Origin: Azolla caroliniana
Lineage: Eukaryota > Plantae > Polypodiophyta
Assembly: GCA_043228905.1 (NCBI GenBank)
Contig: JBHGNT010000017.1
Location: 10,168,001 to 10,232,000 of the forward strand
Direction: 5' to 3'
DNA length: 64,000 bases
Shown here: piece after piece, positions 25,801-38,412 of the stretch
Layout: each line of letters starts with the position of its first letter
Position numbering within the stretch: position 1 is the first letter of the stretch
Made by a program: the position numbers and the translations under genes
Notes under the pieces: model-generated
The model's database searches: none
Told to the model about the DNA's origin: nothing
What the model saw: the letters and a program-made list of their open reading frames with translations, nothing else

Positions 25801-28001
25801 CACGAAGTCTTGATCTTCTAAGCTCTCCCGGATCCAGTGATACCTTCGCTGGATGTGCTTTGTCTGGGAATGGTAGACCGCATTCTTTGTAAGGTGGGCG
25901 GCACTTTGACTATCGCAGTAGAGCTGGAATTCCTCCTGCCGGATCCCTAGCTCTCCGATGAAGTCCTTCATCCAGATTACTTGCTTTCCGGCTTCCACAA
26001 CTGCCTTGTACTCCGCTTCCGTTGTTGACAATGCAACGGACTTCTGCAGCCTCGACTGCCATCATACAACTCCCCCTGCATAAGTCATGATATATCTAGA
26101 TGTAGACCGGTTGGTATCTGCATCAACCGCCATATCCGAATCCGTGAATCCGTCTAGTTGGGTTTTACCGGAGGCACATACTCAAGGTGCCTTTCAGATA
26201 CCGGAGTATCCACATGAACGCGTTCCAGTGCTCTTTTTCCCAGATTGCTCATGAACCGACTCACAACTCTGACTGCATATCCGATATCCAGTCGGGTGCA
26301 CACCATTGCATAGATTAGACTTCCGATGGCAGAGGCATATGGTATCTTCGTCATATCTGACTTCTCTGCCTTTGTTTTCGGGCTCTTCTTTCTGGATAAC
26401 ACTTGCAATTTGCCGGAAGTGTCGATCCGACCGGTGTCGTGATGTTTTCAACAATTAGTGCGAAACCACCCTCAAAAGAGAATAAAATAGTGGTTCAAAT
26501 AAACTAATTTTCTTAAGTCAATTATAGTAATAAATGAAAGGATAAAAAGTTAGAGGAGGTTTTCGAAAGTAGACAAAAATAGAGAAAAAGATGGGAAAAG
26601 AAAAGCTAGCCGTGGATATGAGGAGCAAGGTCGAGTAAAAAGCTCATAATTTCCTCGTCAAATGTCCAAATTAGAAATGAAAAGATGCACAAGAAAGTTA
26701 ACCTAAAGAGCTTTCCAAGAATATCTTGCATGTGAAATTTGAGGCTAGAAAACAGAAATATTGAGGAAAAGAAAAGTTGACTCCTATAGACAAGATTTTT
26801 TTTAGGGGGGGGGAAGGCAAGCAATCCTAAACCTATAAATAAGAGCCTATTCTAGTGAAGAAGGGGAGGATGGAGAAGGAACGCAGAATCTCTACTCAAT
26901 TGGAAAGCGGAAGAAGAAGGATCACCAACATCGAGAGGCATCATCAACAAAGAAACTCCTTCTATATTCCACTCTCTTCTTTCCTCCACCTCTCTTCCCC
27001 CATTCCTTTATAAACAATCCTTCATATTCGCATCCAACCCATTGTAACATGATTCTTATATTATAAAATAATATATTATATTGATATAAAATAATGTTTT
27101 CTTTCATCTACTTGCCTTATGTCTAAATCTTCATTGTGCTTATTTGTTATCGTCATTTGTGCTTATTTGTTTATGTGTCTTGTGACAAGGGAGCATTTCG
27201 AGCTTGCCCATGCACCTCTCCTTTCACAAAGACATTCAAACTTACGTGTCTTGCGTTGTCGTAGTGTATTCCACACACTACGTGAAAACCATAAAATAAT
27301 ATATCCGATTTTAGATACATATAAATAAATAAATAATATATCAAAAGAATTTATCACGTGCATAGGGCAGGATTCGAACCATGCACCTCCATGTAGATAA
27401 ACCCCAACTTTACCATTGTAATAATTTATCTTTAGTGTTATAAATATAGATTTAATACGTATAAGACCTTTATTTACACATACCTTTATTAAAAGGTAAA
27501 AATCATGTATTCTTTAGAGTGTGAATATTTTATTTACACGTGACATTAAAAGTGACTCATGCACATCTAGCGTGCATGAGCCCTATATTTAGGAAATGAC
27601 AAAGCATCACATGCACATTTAGTGTGCATGGGCACTTTAGGTGAAAAAGCATGAAGCCATGCTTAGCCTCTTCCATCTTTATATAAGGAGGAGAAAAATA
27701 TGTATATGGTTGTTGATTAATATACAAGTTTTTGATCAATCTAATATATTCGTGGGATTCACGAATTTTGCCATCTAATTGCTCTTATAATCTAAATATT
27801 GTTTTAATTACACTAAACTCATGAGATTCACGAGATTGCTATCTTACTTCTCTTTCCACTATTCATAACTAGCCTTAAGTTGTATTCCTCTTCCTCCTAG
27901 TCAAAAACCTCGGCGGTTCCCACCCGACTCACGCAACGATCCGGAGCCGAAGGGCACGACACAGTTGGTGAACCCGACGTGAAGTACCGGGTGGCAAGGA
28001 G

Positions 28002-29550
28002 ATGGAAAATCAACCGGAGGCTAGCAACATGATGATGATGTTCGAGCGCATGCTACAAGAACAACGCGCGATGTCGGAGATAGCGGCATCAGTGGAGCGG
28101 CTCGTGCAACGAAACGGGCAATTCAACGAGAAAGACGTGTCGCGGTATCTTCGGGATTACAAGGCGGAGATGCTATGGTGCGGAATATCGGAAGGACTGC
28201 AAGTGACGTCCTTCAACCGGGTGGTGACCGACGGGCTTCAAGCAAGCATCCATGGGCTACGACAGCAAAATCCGACATGGGAGGCGTTTGAAGTAGAGCT
28301 AAAGAGGGCGTTCGCCATCGAGGATTCCTCCAAGGCGACGCGAAGGGGATTCGAAGACTGGGTGGAGACGCCAGACAAGGGATTGAAGGTCGTTGATGTG
28401 TTTTCGGCATTCGAAAGCCGGTTCGGGAGGTTGTCCGCGAGAGATCAAGCTATCCTCGTACCGGACAAGGTGATCATGTTCTTGCGAGCCGTGGACGTCC
28501 GGGACCGGAAAGATCTCGGAGTGCTCTTGGAGGACACGACCACGGAGAGCGGCCTCACCGAAACATGGCAAAGCGTGCGGGATATCGTCGCGCGATACAC
28601 GAAGAGGGGGCAATGGCTTGCCGACGAGGAAAAGAGGGTTTCGGAACCGATTCTGAAACCGAGAACCGGATTGGAAGACCATCAACTGAGGGCTCGAGAG
28701 ACTACAACCGAGAAGGCGATTGATGCATCTACGGTGGAGCAACTATTGAAGGAGATGGAGAATCTGAAGATCGCGATGGTGAAGAAGTCGGATGACCGCC
28801 CCACAAGCACCAAGTATGCGGACTGACGGTGCATATGGTGCGATAGCGCCGAACACGATCGGAGGGATTGCAACGAGCATAAGGAGGTGCTACGGCGGGA
28901 TCATCTACTACGAGGGAAACCGGATTCATTCGATGGACTCTCGGAAGCCACTCCGACCGAACTTCCGGAAAGGCGGCATGAAGAAGGTGCTCGAGGAGGA
29001 ATTGGCGGCAAGAAGCAACTATGCGACAACCGCGGGAATATGTGTCGGGGAGTCATCGAGAGCAAAGACGTCTTTTTGGCCGGAAGTTCTAGAAAACACC
29101 AAGAAAACCGACTCTAATGAGATCCGAAGCACCGCGGAAGGCGTCCGGGAAGCTACGGGATGGGAGTGCCCTGTCGACAAGAATAGCGTATACGCCCTGT
29201 GTCAATTGCATAAGGTGTATGTGGACGAGAAACGACGACGCACGGAGGATGCGGCCGGGCCATCAAAGATACCGGAAAGCTGAAACTCCGGAGGTAAGGG
29301 AAAAGAAAAGGCGACTCCGGCATTCAAGCTCGCCTCGGACATAGAACAACAAACCGACTTGAAAAGAGTGTTCGAGGAAAGAATCTTGGATAGCCGGGTA
29401 GATTTCTCGCTTCGGGAGCTACTCGGAATAGCAAAGAAGGAGTTCCACGATCTTCTCGTGGATCTCGTGAAGCGAAAAAGACAAAGTACGGAGGAAAATG
29501 CTCCAAGGGTGAATGCGAACACCGTTTTAATGAACGACACCGAAGTGGAG
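28002..29550 (+). pseudogene. E2 gag (stops at 28824 and 29281, one frameshift)
   Basis: Highly similar to the E1 gag. Confidence 0.9.
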
Positions 29551-29552
29551 GA

Positions 29553-32500
29553 TTGAAGAAAGGATTGAAGAAAGGATACCGACAAGTGGAGGATAAGTTG
29601 CGGTCGGCATCAATAATAAAAGAAGATGAAGAAATCGTGGGGATAGTCGAAGAAGTGTTCTATGGGAGCACGCTACAACGACTTGAAGAACTTGCGGAAG
29701 ATAAAAGCCAAGGGAACCGGGTAGTCCCGGTGGAATCGGTCGAGATGTACGAGATCATTGCGAAAATGGAGCCGGATACGCTCCGCAAAGAAGAAGCAAT
29801 GGTAAGTACGAAATACAAGACCATGGAGAAGAAGGTGAAACCGGCCGCGGGACCATTACCCGCCGATAGCGAACAAAAGAGGAAAGAAGTCTCGGGAGAT
29901 CCGACACTTCGGAAGACCGTGGATATCGGACATGCCTTCACGGATGAGACCCGGAAGAAACTTCGGATCGGTGGAGGTGGGTTCCTATTACAAAAAGAAG
30001 AAGAACGGTTTCGCGAGATGTTGGAGCAACACGGCAAAGCGTTTGCATTTACATCAAGGGAGATAGGGTGCGTCGATCCGAGAACAGTGGAGCCGATGGT
30101 GATCTTCACGATTGACCATGTACCGTGGAACCTGAAGCCGATTCCAGTGCCACGAGCGCATATTCCGAAAGTCATTGACTTGCTCAAGGAGAAGGTGGCG
30201 ATGGGGATTCTAGAGCCATCAACTGCTCCGTACTCAAATCGATGGTTTATGGTTCCGAAGAAGAATGGGTCACTCCGATTTATCCAAGATTTGCAACCGG
30301 TGAATAAGGTCACGATCCGGAACTCGGGAGTCGGTCCGATAGTGGACGAATTTGCGGAAGCTTTTGCCGGTCGTGCGATATACTCCATCGGAGACCTATA
30401 CTCGCGGTATGACCAATTCCAACTAGCCGTGGAGAGCCGAGACATCACAACCATGCGAACACCGATAGGATTAGTCCGAATGTGCACACTACCACAAGGA
30501 GCGACAAACTCGGTTGCTCATATGATGAACGCGATGAACAAGGTGCTTCGAGACTGCATTCCGGAGATAACGATGTCGTTCCTCGATGACATTCCCATGA
30601 AAGGATGCGCGGTCGAAGAAAAAGATGAGACTATGGATGATCGGGGATGCCGAAAGTTCGTGGTCGACCATATTCATGATTGCGAGAAAGTGTTGCGAAA
30701 GCTAGAAGATGTGCACCTAACACTTTCCAGGGAGAAATCGGCATTCGGGCAAGAAGAAATATTGGTGGTCGGACATCTATGTGGGACCTACGGCCGAAGA
30801 CCGTCACCAACAAAGATCGATGCGATTCAAGCTATGGAGGAAGTATGCGAGTCAACATCCGAAGTCCGAAGGTTTCTCGGTGCATGTGCATTCTATCACA
30901 TATGGATTCCGCACTATGCACATATAGCGGACCCGCTCTACCACTTGTTGCGGAAAGGTAAGAAATTCGAATGGAAACCGGAACACACCAAAGCCATGAA
31001 GAAATTAAAGAAGACACTTCGGAGGGCGGAAGCACTTAAGAAACCGAGCTATGACCGACCGATCATAGGAACGGTTGATATAAGTCCAACCGGTATCGGG
31101 TGGGTCATCAATCAAGCCGACTCGGATGGTTCGCGGTATCCGATCCGATTCGGAGCAAAGGTTCTCAACGAAAGGCAACGTGGATATGCGCAAGTCAAAA
31201 GAGAACTGTGGGGAGTCGTGTCGGCGATAAAATCGGATCGGGATTATTTGATCGGAGCCGAAGTGGTGATCGAGACGGATTGTCTTCCGATACTCGGGAT
31301 GATGCGGTGTTGTACGATACCGGATGTAGCTATGCTAAGGTGGGTTGCATATGTCAAGTCGCTTAATCCGGAGGTTCGACACATCTCGGGGAAGGACAAC
31401 GCGGTAGCGTATATGTTATCAAGGGCTCGGTTCGGAGACGACATAACCGAATCGGATAATGAAGAAGTTTCCGAAGACTACTTCGCGTCGGAGCACATAT
31501 GCCGAGTAAACGTAATCCGGGAATTCCGGGAAGAAGAATACGAGGGAGAAAGCTTGATGATCGGGAAGATGTTACAAGAGGCCGAGGATTCAACAAACGA
31601 TAAAGGAAGAAGAGCCGAGATCCGAAGGAAGAAGAGACAAGTCCAAAAGTTCTTCTTGGAAAACGGATTAATATGGAGGGCGCCGAAAAGACCGGAGCAA
31701 CGAAACCGGATAATGTCCGAGTTTCACGAATCCGATTGGGCTGGACACCGAGGAACATGGGCAACATTTGTGAAGATCAAGCAAAAATATTGGTGGAAGA
31801 AAATGTACAAAGATGTCGCGGAGTTCATGGAAAGCTGCGAGAAATGTCAAGTCTACTCCGGGGTTCGACATCGAGATGAGTTACATCCGACATTCTCACC
31901 GACAATCAACTTCAAGTGGATGGTTGACATAGTGGCCATGCCGATCGGGATCGGACAAAAGAAATACCAGGTATTAGCTCGGGAAGATCTCACGAATCAA
32001 GTAGAAGGTCGAGCGCTTCAGAGGAAAACGTGTTCCGCGGTATGCCAATTTCTTTTGGAGGAAGTATTTTGCAGGTACGGGTGCATAGGACAAGTGATTG
32101 CGGACCGGGGAGAACTCGACTCGGACAAAGCTAGGGGATTCTTCGCTAAACACGGAGTTCGGTTATCGCTGACAACGGCATACAATCCGGAGGCCAACGG
32201 GAAAATCGAACGAGGACATAGTCCGATCGTGAAAGCACTTGCGAAGGCATGCGATGGAAATGTGAAGGACTGGCCGCAGATGCTTCCGTATGCACTACGG
32301 GCGGATCGGACGATGCATAGTTCCATAACCGGTTACATGCCGGCAGAACTCATGACCGGACAAGCACCGGTAATGCCGACGGAAACCGCGATCGCAACAT
32401 GGACAGTGCTACCGTGGAAGGAAGAGATGAGCCGGGAAGAACTACTAGCGGTCCGGATACGACAACTAGAGGGAAGACCGGCAGACATAGCGGAAGCAAT

Positions 32501-33029
32501 ACGCCGACAACAAGAAGCACGATTAAGGAACAAAAGCCGGTTCGACACAAAGCACCGACTACGACCGAGGAGGATTGAAGAAGGAGATTGGGTGATCGTC
32601 TATGACAGTAGTTTGGACCATCAACATACAACGATGCGGAAATTCGCGAAAAGGTGGTTCGGGCCATACGAGGTTCGGAAAGTCTTCGACAACGGAACGT
32701 ACCGACTGTCCGAGTTGGATGGAACAATACTACGAGTGCCTATAGCCGGGAAGCGGGTGAAGATTTTCAAGAAGCGGACCGACGACAAACCCTATGTGAT
32801 CCAAGCCAAGGCCGACAACGAGGAGCAATCGGACGAAGACCACGGTGATGCGGGAAGCGAAGAAAGTGAATTACAACTCATAGTCGACATAAGGGGAGAA
32901 TCGGAGGAAGCTTTGGGTGAAGACGGATATGGGGGATCGAGAACTTCGGCACATACCGGAGGATGTACGGGTTCGGAGGGGGCGAATGTCGTAGTGTATT
33001 CCACACACTACGTGAAAACCATAAAATAA
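29553..33029 (+). CDS. E2 pol RT-RNase H-integrase, 1158-aa open frame running into the 3' LTR
   Basis: LPQG/FLDD RT, RNase H, HHCC, D-D-E and GPY motifs; no chromodomain seen. Confidence 0.9.
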   Translation: MKKGLKKGYRQVEDKLRSASIIKEDEEIVGIVEEVFYGSTLQRLEELAEDKSQGNRVVPVESVEMYEIIAKMEPDTLRKEEAMVSTKYKTMEKKVKPAAGPLPADSEQKRKEVSGDPTLRKTVDIGHAFTDETRKKLRIGGGGFLLQKEEERFREMLEQHGKAFAFTSREIGCVDPRTVEPMVIFTIDHVPWNLKPIPVPRAHIPKVIDLLKEKVAMGILEPSTAPYSNRWFMVPKKNGSLRFIQDLQPVNKVTIRNSGVGPIVDEFAEAFAGRAIYSIGDLYSRYDQFQLAVESRDITTMRTPIGLVRMCTLPQGATNSVAHMMNAMNKVLRDCIPEITMSFLDDIPMKGCAVEEKDETMDDRGCRKFVVDHIHDCEKVLRKLEDVHLTLSREKSAFGQEEILVVGHLCGTYGRRPSPTKIDAIQAMEEVCESTSEVRRFLGACAFYHIWIPHYAHIADPLYHLLRKGKKFEWKPEHTKAMKKLKKTLRRAEALKKPSYDRPIIGTVDISPTGIGWVINQADSDGSRYPIRFGAKVLNERQRGYAQVKRELWGVVSAIKSDRDYLIGAEVVIETDCLPILGMMRCCTIPDVAMLRWVAYVKSLNPEVRHISGKDNAVAYMLSRARFGDDITESDNEEVSEDYFASEHICRVNVIREFREEEYEGESLMIGKMLQEAEDSTNDKGRRAEIRRKKRQVQKFFLENGLIWRAPKRPEQRNRIMSEFHESDWAGHRGTWATFVKIKQKYWWKKMYKDVAEFMESCEKCQVYSGVRHRDELHPTFSPTINFKWMVDIVAMPIGIGQKKYQVLAREDLTNQVEGRALQRKTCSAVCQFLLEEVFCRYGCIGQVIADRGELDSDKARGFFAKHGVRLSLTTAYNPEANGKIERGHSPIVKALAKACDGNVKDWPQMLPYALRADRTMHSSITGYMPAELMTGQAPVMPTETAIATWTVLPWKEEMSREELLAVRIRQLEGRPADIAEAIRRQQEARLRNKSRFDTKHRLRPRRIEEGDWVIVYDSSLDHQHTTMRKFAKRWFGPYEVRKVFDNGTYRLSELDGTILRVPIAGKRVKIFKKRTDDKPYVIQAKADNEEQSDEDHGDAGSEESELQLIVDIRGESEEALGEDGYGGSRTSAHTGGCTGSEGANVVVYSTHYVKTIK

Positions 33030-35717
33030 TATATCCGATTTTAGATACATATAAATAAATAAATAATATATCAAAAGAATTTATCACGTGCATAGGGCAG
33101 GATTCGAACCATGCACCTCCATGTAGATAAACCCCAACTTTACCATTGTAATAATTTATCTTTAGTGTTATAAATATAGATTTAATACGTATAAGACCTT
33201 TATTTACACATACCTTTATTAAAAGGTAAAAATCATGTATTCTTTAGAGTGTGAATATTTTATTTACACGTGACATTAAAAGTGACTCATGCACATCTAG
33301 CGTGCATGAGCCCTATATTTAGGAAATGACAAAGCATCACATGCACATTTAGTGTGCATGGGCACTTTAGGTGAAAAAGCATGAAGCCATGCTTAGCCTC
33401 TTCCATCTTTATATAAGGAGGAGAAAAATATGTATATGGTTGTTGATTAATATACAAGTTTTTGATCAATCTAATATATTCGTGGGATTCACGAATTTTG
33501 CCATCTAATTGCTCTTATAATCTAAATATTGTTTTAATTACACTAAACTCATGAGATTCACGAGATTGCTATCTTACTTCTCTTTCCACTATTCATAACT
33601 AGCCTTAAGTTGTATTCCTCTTCCTCCTAGTCAAAAACCTCGGCGGTTCCCACCCGACTCACGCAACGATCCGGAGCCGAAGGGCACGACAGCGTGTTAG
33701 TGTAAATCTTGCTTGTGTGTTCGTGCGACTTGTGGCAAGGGAGCGTTCGGGCTTGCCCATGCACCTCTCCTTTCACAAAGGCGTTTGAAATTGTGTCTCC
33801 TATGTGTAAACCTTGCTTGTGTTTTCGCGTGTCTTGTAACAAGGGAGAGTTTGGGCTTTGCCCATGCACCTCTCTTTTCACAAAGGCATTCAAAACTCTG
33901 TTTCTCATGTGTGTAAGTAAGCCTTTTCCTTGTGTGTTTGTGTGTCTTGTAACAATGGAGCGTTCGGGCTTGCCCATGAACCTCTCTTTTCACAAAGGCA
34001 TTGGAAACTCTGTCTCTCGTGTGTGTAAGTAAGTAAGCCTTTACCTTGTTTGTCCGTGTGTAAGACTTCCTCACGTGCATTCGTTCACCTTGTGACTAGG
34101 GGTTGATTCGGGCTTGCCCATGCACCTCTCCTTTTCACAAACACGTTCAAATACTCGTGCCTTGTTTGTTTAAGCCTTCCTTGTGTTGTGGGTGTGAGCC
34201 CTATTTCCTTCCCATCTATAACCCTGGTGGTTCCGCCTTTGACATGTAGAACCTTTGAAGCACCTTTGTCAGGCACTTCTCCGGTGACAACCACAACATC
34301 TTCTTTGACCGGTTCCAGATGATGTGCATCCCCAAAATCTGTCTTGCCGGACCCAAGTCTTTCATGGAGAAGGTCCGGTTCAAGGCCTTCTTGAGCATCC
34401 TGATTTTGGTTCGGTCCGGTCCGATGATGAACATGTCATCCACGTACAGAAGGAGTATAAGGAAATCACCTCCGTTGAATTTCTTCACAAACACGCAGTG
34501 GTCAGCTTGCGTCTTGTGGTACCCTTGGTCGTTCATGAAAGAGTCGAACTGCCAGTACCATTGCCGGGGGGCTTGCTTCAATCCATATAAGCTCTTCTTC
34601 AGCATGCACACTAGGTGCTCCTTCCCTTTCTTCTCAAATCCTTCCGGTTAATGCATGTAGATCTCTTCTTCAAGGTCGCCAGGTAGGAATGCCGTCTTGA
34701 CGTCCAGTTGCTCTACCTCGAGGTTCATGCTTGGTGCTATGCTCAATACCGTCCAGATGGATATCATCTTTACTACTAGGGCAAAGATCTCATCGAAATC
34801 CACACCTATCTTTTGCTGAAAACCCTTGACCACAATCCGGGCTTTGTACCCCGGTGGATTTCCGGCGTCTCCCAGTTTTCAGCTTGTACACCCACTTATT
34901 TCGGAGTGCCCTCTTTCGTTTCGGCAACTCCGTCAGTTGGTATGTGTGGTTCTCATGCAGGGAATCCATCTCGTACTACATGGCACTCAACCACTTGCAG
35001 CTGTAGGTGTCTTTCTTTGCTTCTTTGAAGCTTTCCGACTCCCCCTCATCGATCAGCAATACGTGCTCTGCATCCGGAAAATCTCCGGGGGGCTGTTCTG
35101 TCTCTAAGAGGGTATCTTCGTCCTTGGTATTCGGCAACCAGTTCTTCCATCTGTTCCGAATCCAAATCCATTTCGGGGTCTTGTCCAGTTCCGGTTTCAA
35201 CTTCCTCTTTTTCTTCTTCTGTCGGTTCGGTTTCTGTTCCGAATCCGGCCAGTTCTTCGAGTGTCATCCGACTTCCGGCTAACATCCGGTTTTCAACAAG
35301 GTAGGTCATTGTGTCCTCAAACCGATTTTCATTTGATGATTCGGAGTTCGTCACCTTCTTCTCCGACTCCCAATCGGCAATGGTCCTATCTTCCATGAAG
35401 ACTATATCCCAACTCTGGAACACCTTCTTGTCGACTAGATCCCACACCCGGTAACCGAACTCATCATCGCCGTATCCAAGGAATATGCATGGCTTGGACT
35501 TCGGATCCAGCTTTGCTCTCTTGTCCTTTGCAACATGCACATATGCGAGACACCTGAACACCTTCAGATGCCGGTAAGACACCTCTTTACCGGTCCATAC
35601 TCTCAGTGGTGTGTCTCCGTCCAAGGGTGCAAAGTTATCACATACATCGCCGTCATCAACGCCTCAGCCCAAAACGTCTTGGGTAGCTTTGCATGTGCCA
35701 GCATGCTCCGACGGAAC

Positions 35718-38412
35718 ACACACTAGGCTCACGTGACAACCGAGGCTCCAGTCACTATTGGCTTCGAGATTAACATCATGTCATCTGATTTCTACAATCA
35801 CGGGAGATGGCCAATAGAGAGAAACCACAGGTGGAAGGTGAGAGCAGCAATTGAGGTCGTAGAGGATATATGTGGCGCATGCTCAAATATTAAAGTTACA
35901 ATTGGGGATATGTCAGTAGATCAAACTTCTTCATCTAGGAGAAGTCATTTTATCTGGTAATCCTGGGGCAACCGTATATCACAGCAGTACGAATGGAGAC
36001 TAAAGTGCTTTATAACGGAGCGGCATTTGGCAGGATTAGAAGCCAGGATGGGAAGAGGTCGATACAGTTCCTTATTGTTCGAACAAATCATGAAAGGAAT
36101 AAGGAGCATCTACAGGATCATCCACAACGAGATGTGGGGGATTTCGTACAGGATTTCTAGAGCGGGCCCTTACAAAAAGAGGATGTGATGGCCCGAGGGA
36201 GGTAAGAAGCCCCATTCATAGCATTGAAGATAAAGGTAAATTATATGTTGCATCAGTAGATGGCGCAACTATAATAGAAGATTTCAAAGGAAATAAATTC
36301 CGAAAAATAGAAAAAGAAGTAAAATTAGTGAATATATTTGAAGAATATTGTTTTAAAGATACTGTAGGAGAGTTGGAGTCTCTAATGACGGAAGATGATG
36401 AAGTTGAAGTTATGGTAAACTCCATTGAGATGTTCAAAACTATCAAGGATTATCTTCAAAATGAAGAAGCTCAAATAAACACAAAGTACAAAATGGTGGA
36501 GAAGAAGGTCTGACCAGCAGCAACACCACTTCCAGAAGATAGTGAAAAGATAATGAAGGAGGTGTCGACCGAGCCAATTCTTCGGCACAAATTGACGGAA
36601 GAAATGATTAAAGAACTAAGATTTGGAGGGGGGAAATTCTCCTTCAACCCTCAAGAAATTGGATGTGTGGATCCGAAAGTAATTGAACCAATGGTCATCT
36701 TCACGATCCCAGACATTCCATGGAATTTGAAGACAATCCTAGTGCCAAGAGCAAGGATACTGCAACTAATCGAGATTCTAAAAGTGAAAGTGAAGATAGG
36801 CATCTTGGAACCATCAAACGCTCCATACTCGAGTAGATGGTTTACGGTGCAATAGAAGGATGGGCGGCTTCGACTCATTCAAGACATGCAACCTATGAAT
36901 CAAGTTACTATCCGGAATCAGGAGTGGGTCCAATAGTAGATGAGTTTGCAAAGATGTTCGCCGGAAGGGAGATGTACTCCATGTGTGATCTCTACTCCGG
37001 CTACGTCCAGTTCTAGCTTGCAGTCAGTAGGTGAGACACCTTCATTAGGACTCCTATTGGATTACTTCCGATGTGTACCTTACCTCAAGGAGTGACCGAC
37101 TTGGTCACTCACATGATGAATGGTATGCACAAAGTTCTTCGAGATTTTAATCCTCACATCACCATGCCTTTCTTGGATGATATACCCATTCAAGGATGTG
37201 AGGAAAGAATGAATAATGAAGAATTGGATAGTAGTAGATGTTGGAAGTTCGTCCGGGATCACATAGAAGATTGTGATAAAGTGCTTTCAAGACTAGAGGT
37301 GGTACACCTAACACTTTCGGCTCCAAAATCAATATTCAGGGTTCAAAAAGTACTAGTGGTAGGACATACGGAAGGAAGCCATCACCAGCGAAGATCAATG
37401 CAATACAAAATATGAAAGAGGAATGGAACTCTGTATCTGAAGTTCGGAGGTTCTTGGGTGCATGTGTCTTCTATTGTAGGTGAATTCCACATTATGCCCA
37501 CATATCAGATCCATTGTATCAACTATTAAGAAAAGGGGAAGAATTTGAGTGGATAGAAGAATAGTTAAATGCAATTAGAAGAATAAAGGAGAATTTGGCG
37601 AAAGCTCCTACTTTGAAACAACCTGACTACACCCGACTGATAATCCTCATAGTTGTTGATTCAAGTTCGATTTGAATCGGGAGGGTGATAAGCCAACAAG
37701 ATAAGTAAGGAGAAAGACATCCAATTTTATTTGGTGCGAAGGTACTTAGTGGATGTCAACGGAAGTACATGCAAGTGAAGAGAGAGCTTTGGGGTATAGT
37801 CATCGCTATCAAGACGGATAGGTACTATCTGGTTGGTGCAGAGGTGATTGTAGAGACATATTGCTTGCCAGTTCTTGGGATTATTGCAAATTGCAATATT
37901 CCAGACCAAGCAATGCTTAGGTGGTGTGCCTACATCAAAACCATCAACCTAGAAGTTCGACATATATCTGGTGAGAAGAACGTAATGGCTGATATGTTGT
38001 CTACAGCGAAATACGAAAATGAGGAAGTGGCAGAATCAAATAGTGACGAAGAAGAATTAGGTTTAGCCATAAATACAATTAGAGGGGGTGAGCCACATGA
38101 AGACCATGAGTTTAAAGAAGAAGAATATAACGAAGAGTTTAAGGAAATTGGGAAGTATCGACAAGCACCATGGAAGGAAGAAACTTGGAGTGGGAGAAAC
38201 TTCTCAAATTTCAGAAAGAAGGCACACTAATTTTTCTTGCTTCAAGGTTGGTTACCTTTGGAAGCACCCAAAGTGTAAAATGGGAAATCCATAATGGGTC
38301 ATCTATGGCCAAGTGTAGCGAGAGCAGATATTAAAGGAATTACATGACAAGGAGTGGCTGAACACCGTGGAGTCTGGGCAACATTTAGTAAAATAAAGAA
38401 AAGATTCTAGTG
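35718..38412 (+). pseudogene. Old diverged gypsy PR-RT-RH-IN remnant of the E1 type
   Basis: MCTLPQG..PFLDD, KRELWG and RMETKVL homology; no LTRs. Confidence 0.88.

Larger units (their letters stand above)
27257..33691 (+). mobile_element. Ty3/gypsy element E2 with identical-looking LTRs, protease deleted
   Basis: 705-bp LTRs 27257-27961 and 32987-33691; TSD GCGT; tRNA-Trp PBS. Confidence 0.97.
26435..34225 (+). mobile_element. LTR-like insertion G (starts TGTCGTGATG), right end degenerate, hosting E2
   Basis: Interrupts copia F after CCGG; TATA CTATAAATA ~26833; array of ~70-bp cores (CTTGCCCATGCACCTCTC..TTTCACAAAG) at ~27175, 33730, 33835, 33945 and 34090. Confidence 0.65.
25162..35717 (-). 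mobile_element. Ty1/copia element F (3' LTR 25162-25670, RH 25685-26434, RT/IN 34227-35717), 5'-truncated, hosting nested insertions
   Basis: PPT at 25671-25682; ORFs 25720-26031, 34216-34611 (YVDDM) and 35046-35624. Confidence 0.9.

Noticed and set aside
29660-30487. Long antisense ORF over RT (and similar shadows at 19286-20218)
   Set aside because: Expected from codon bias of the sense ORF; no independent motif.
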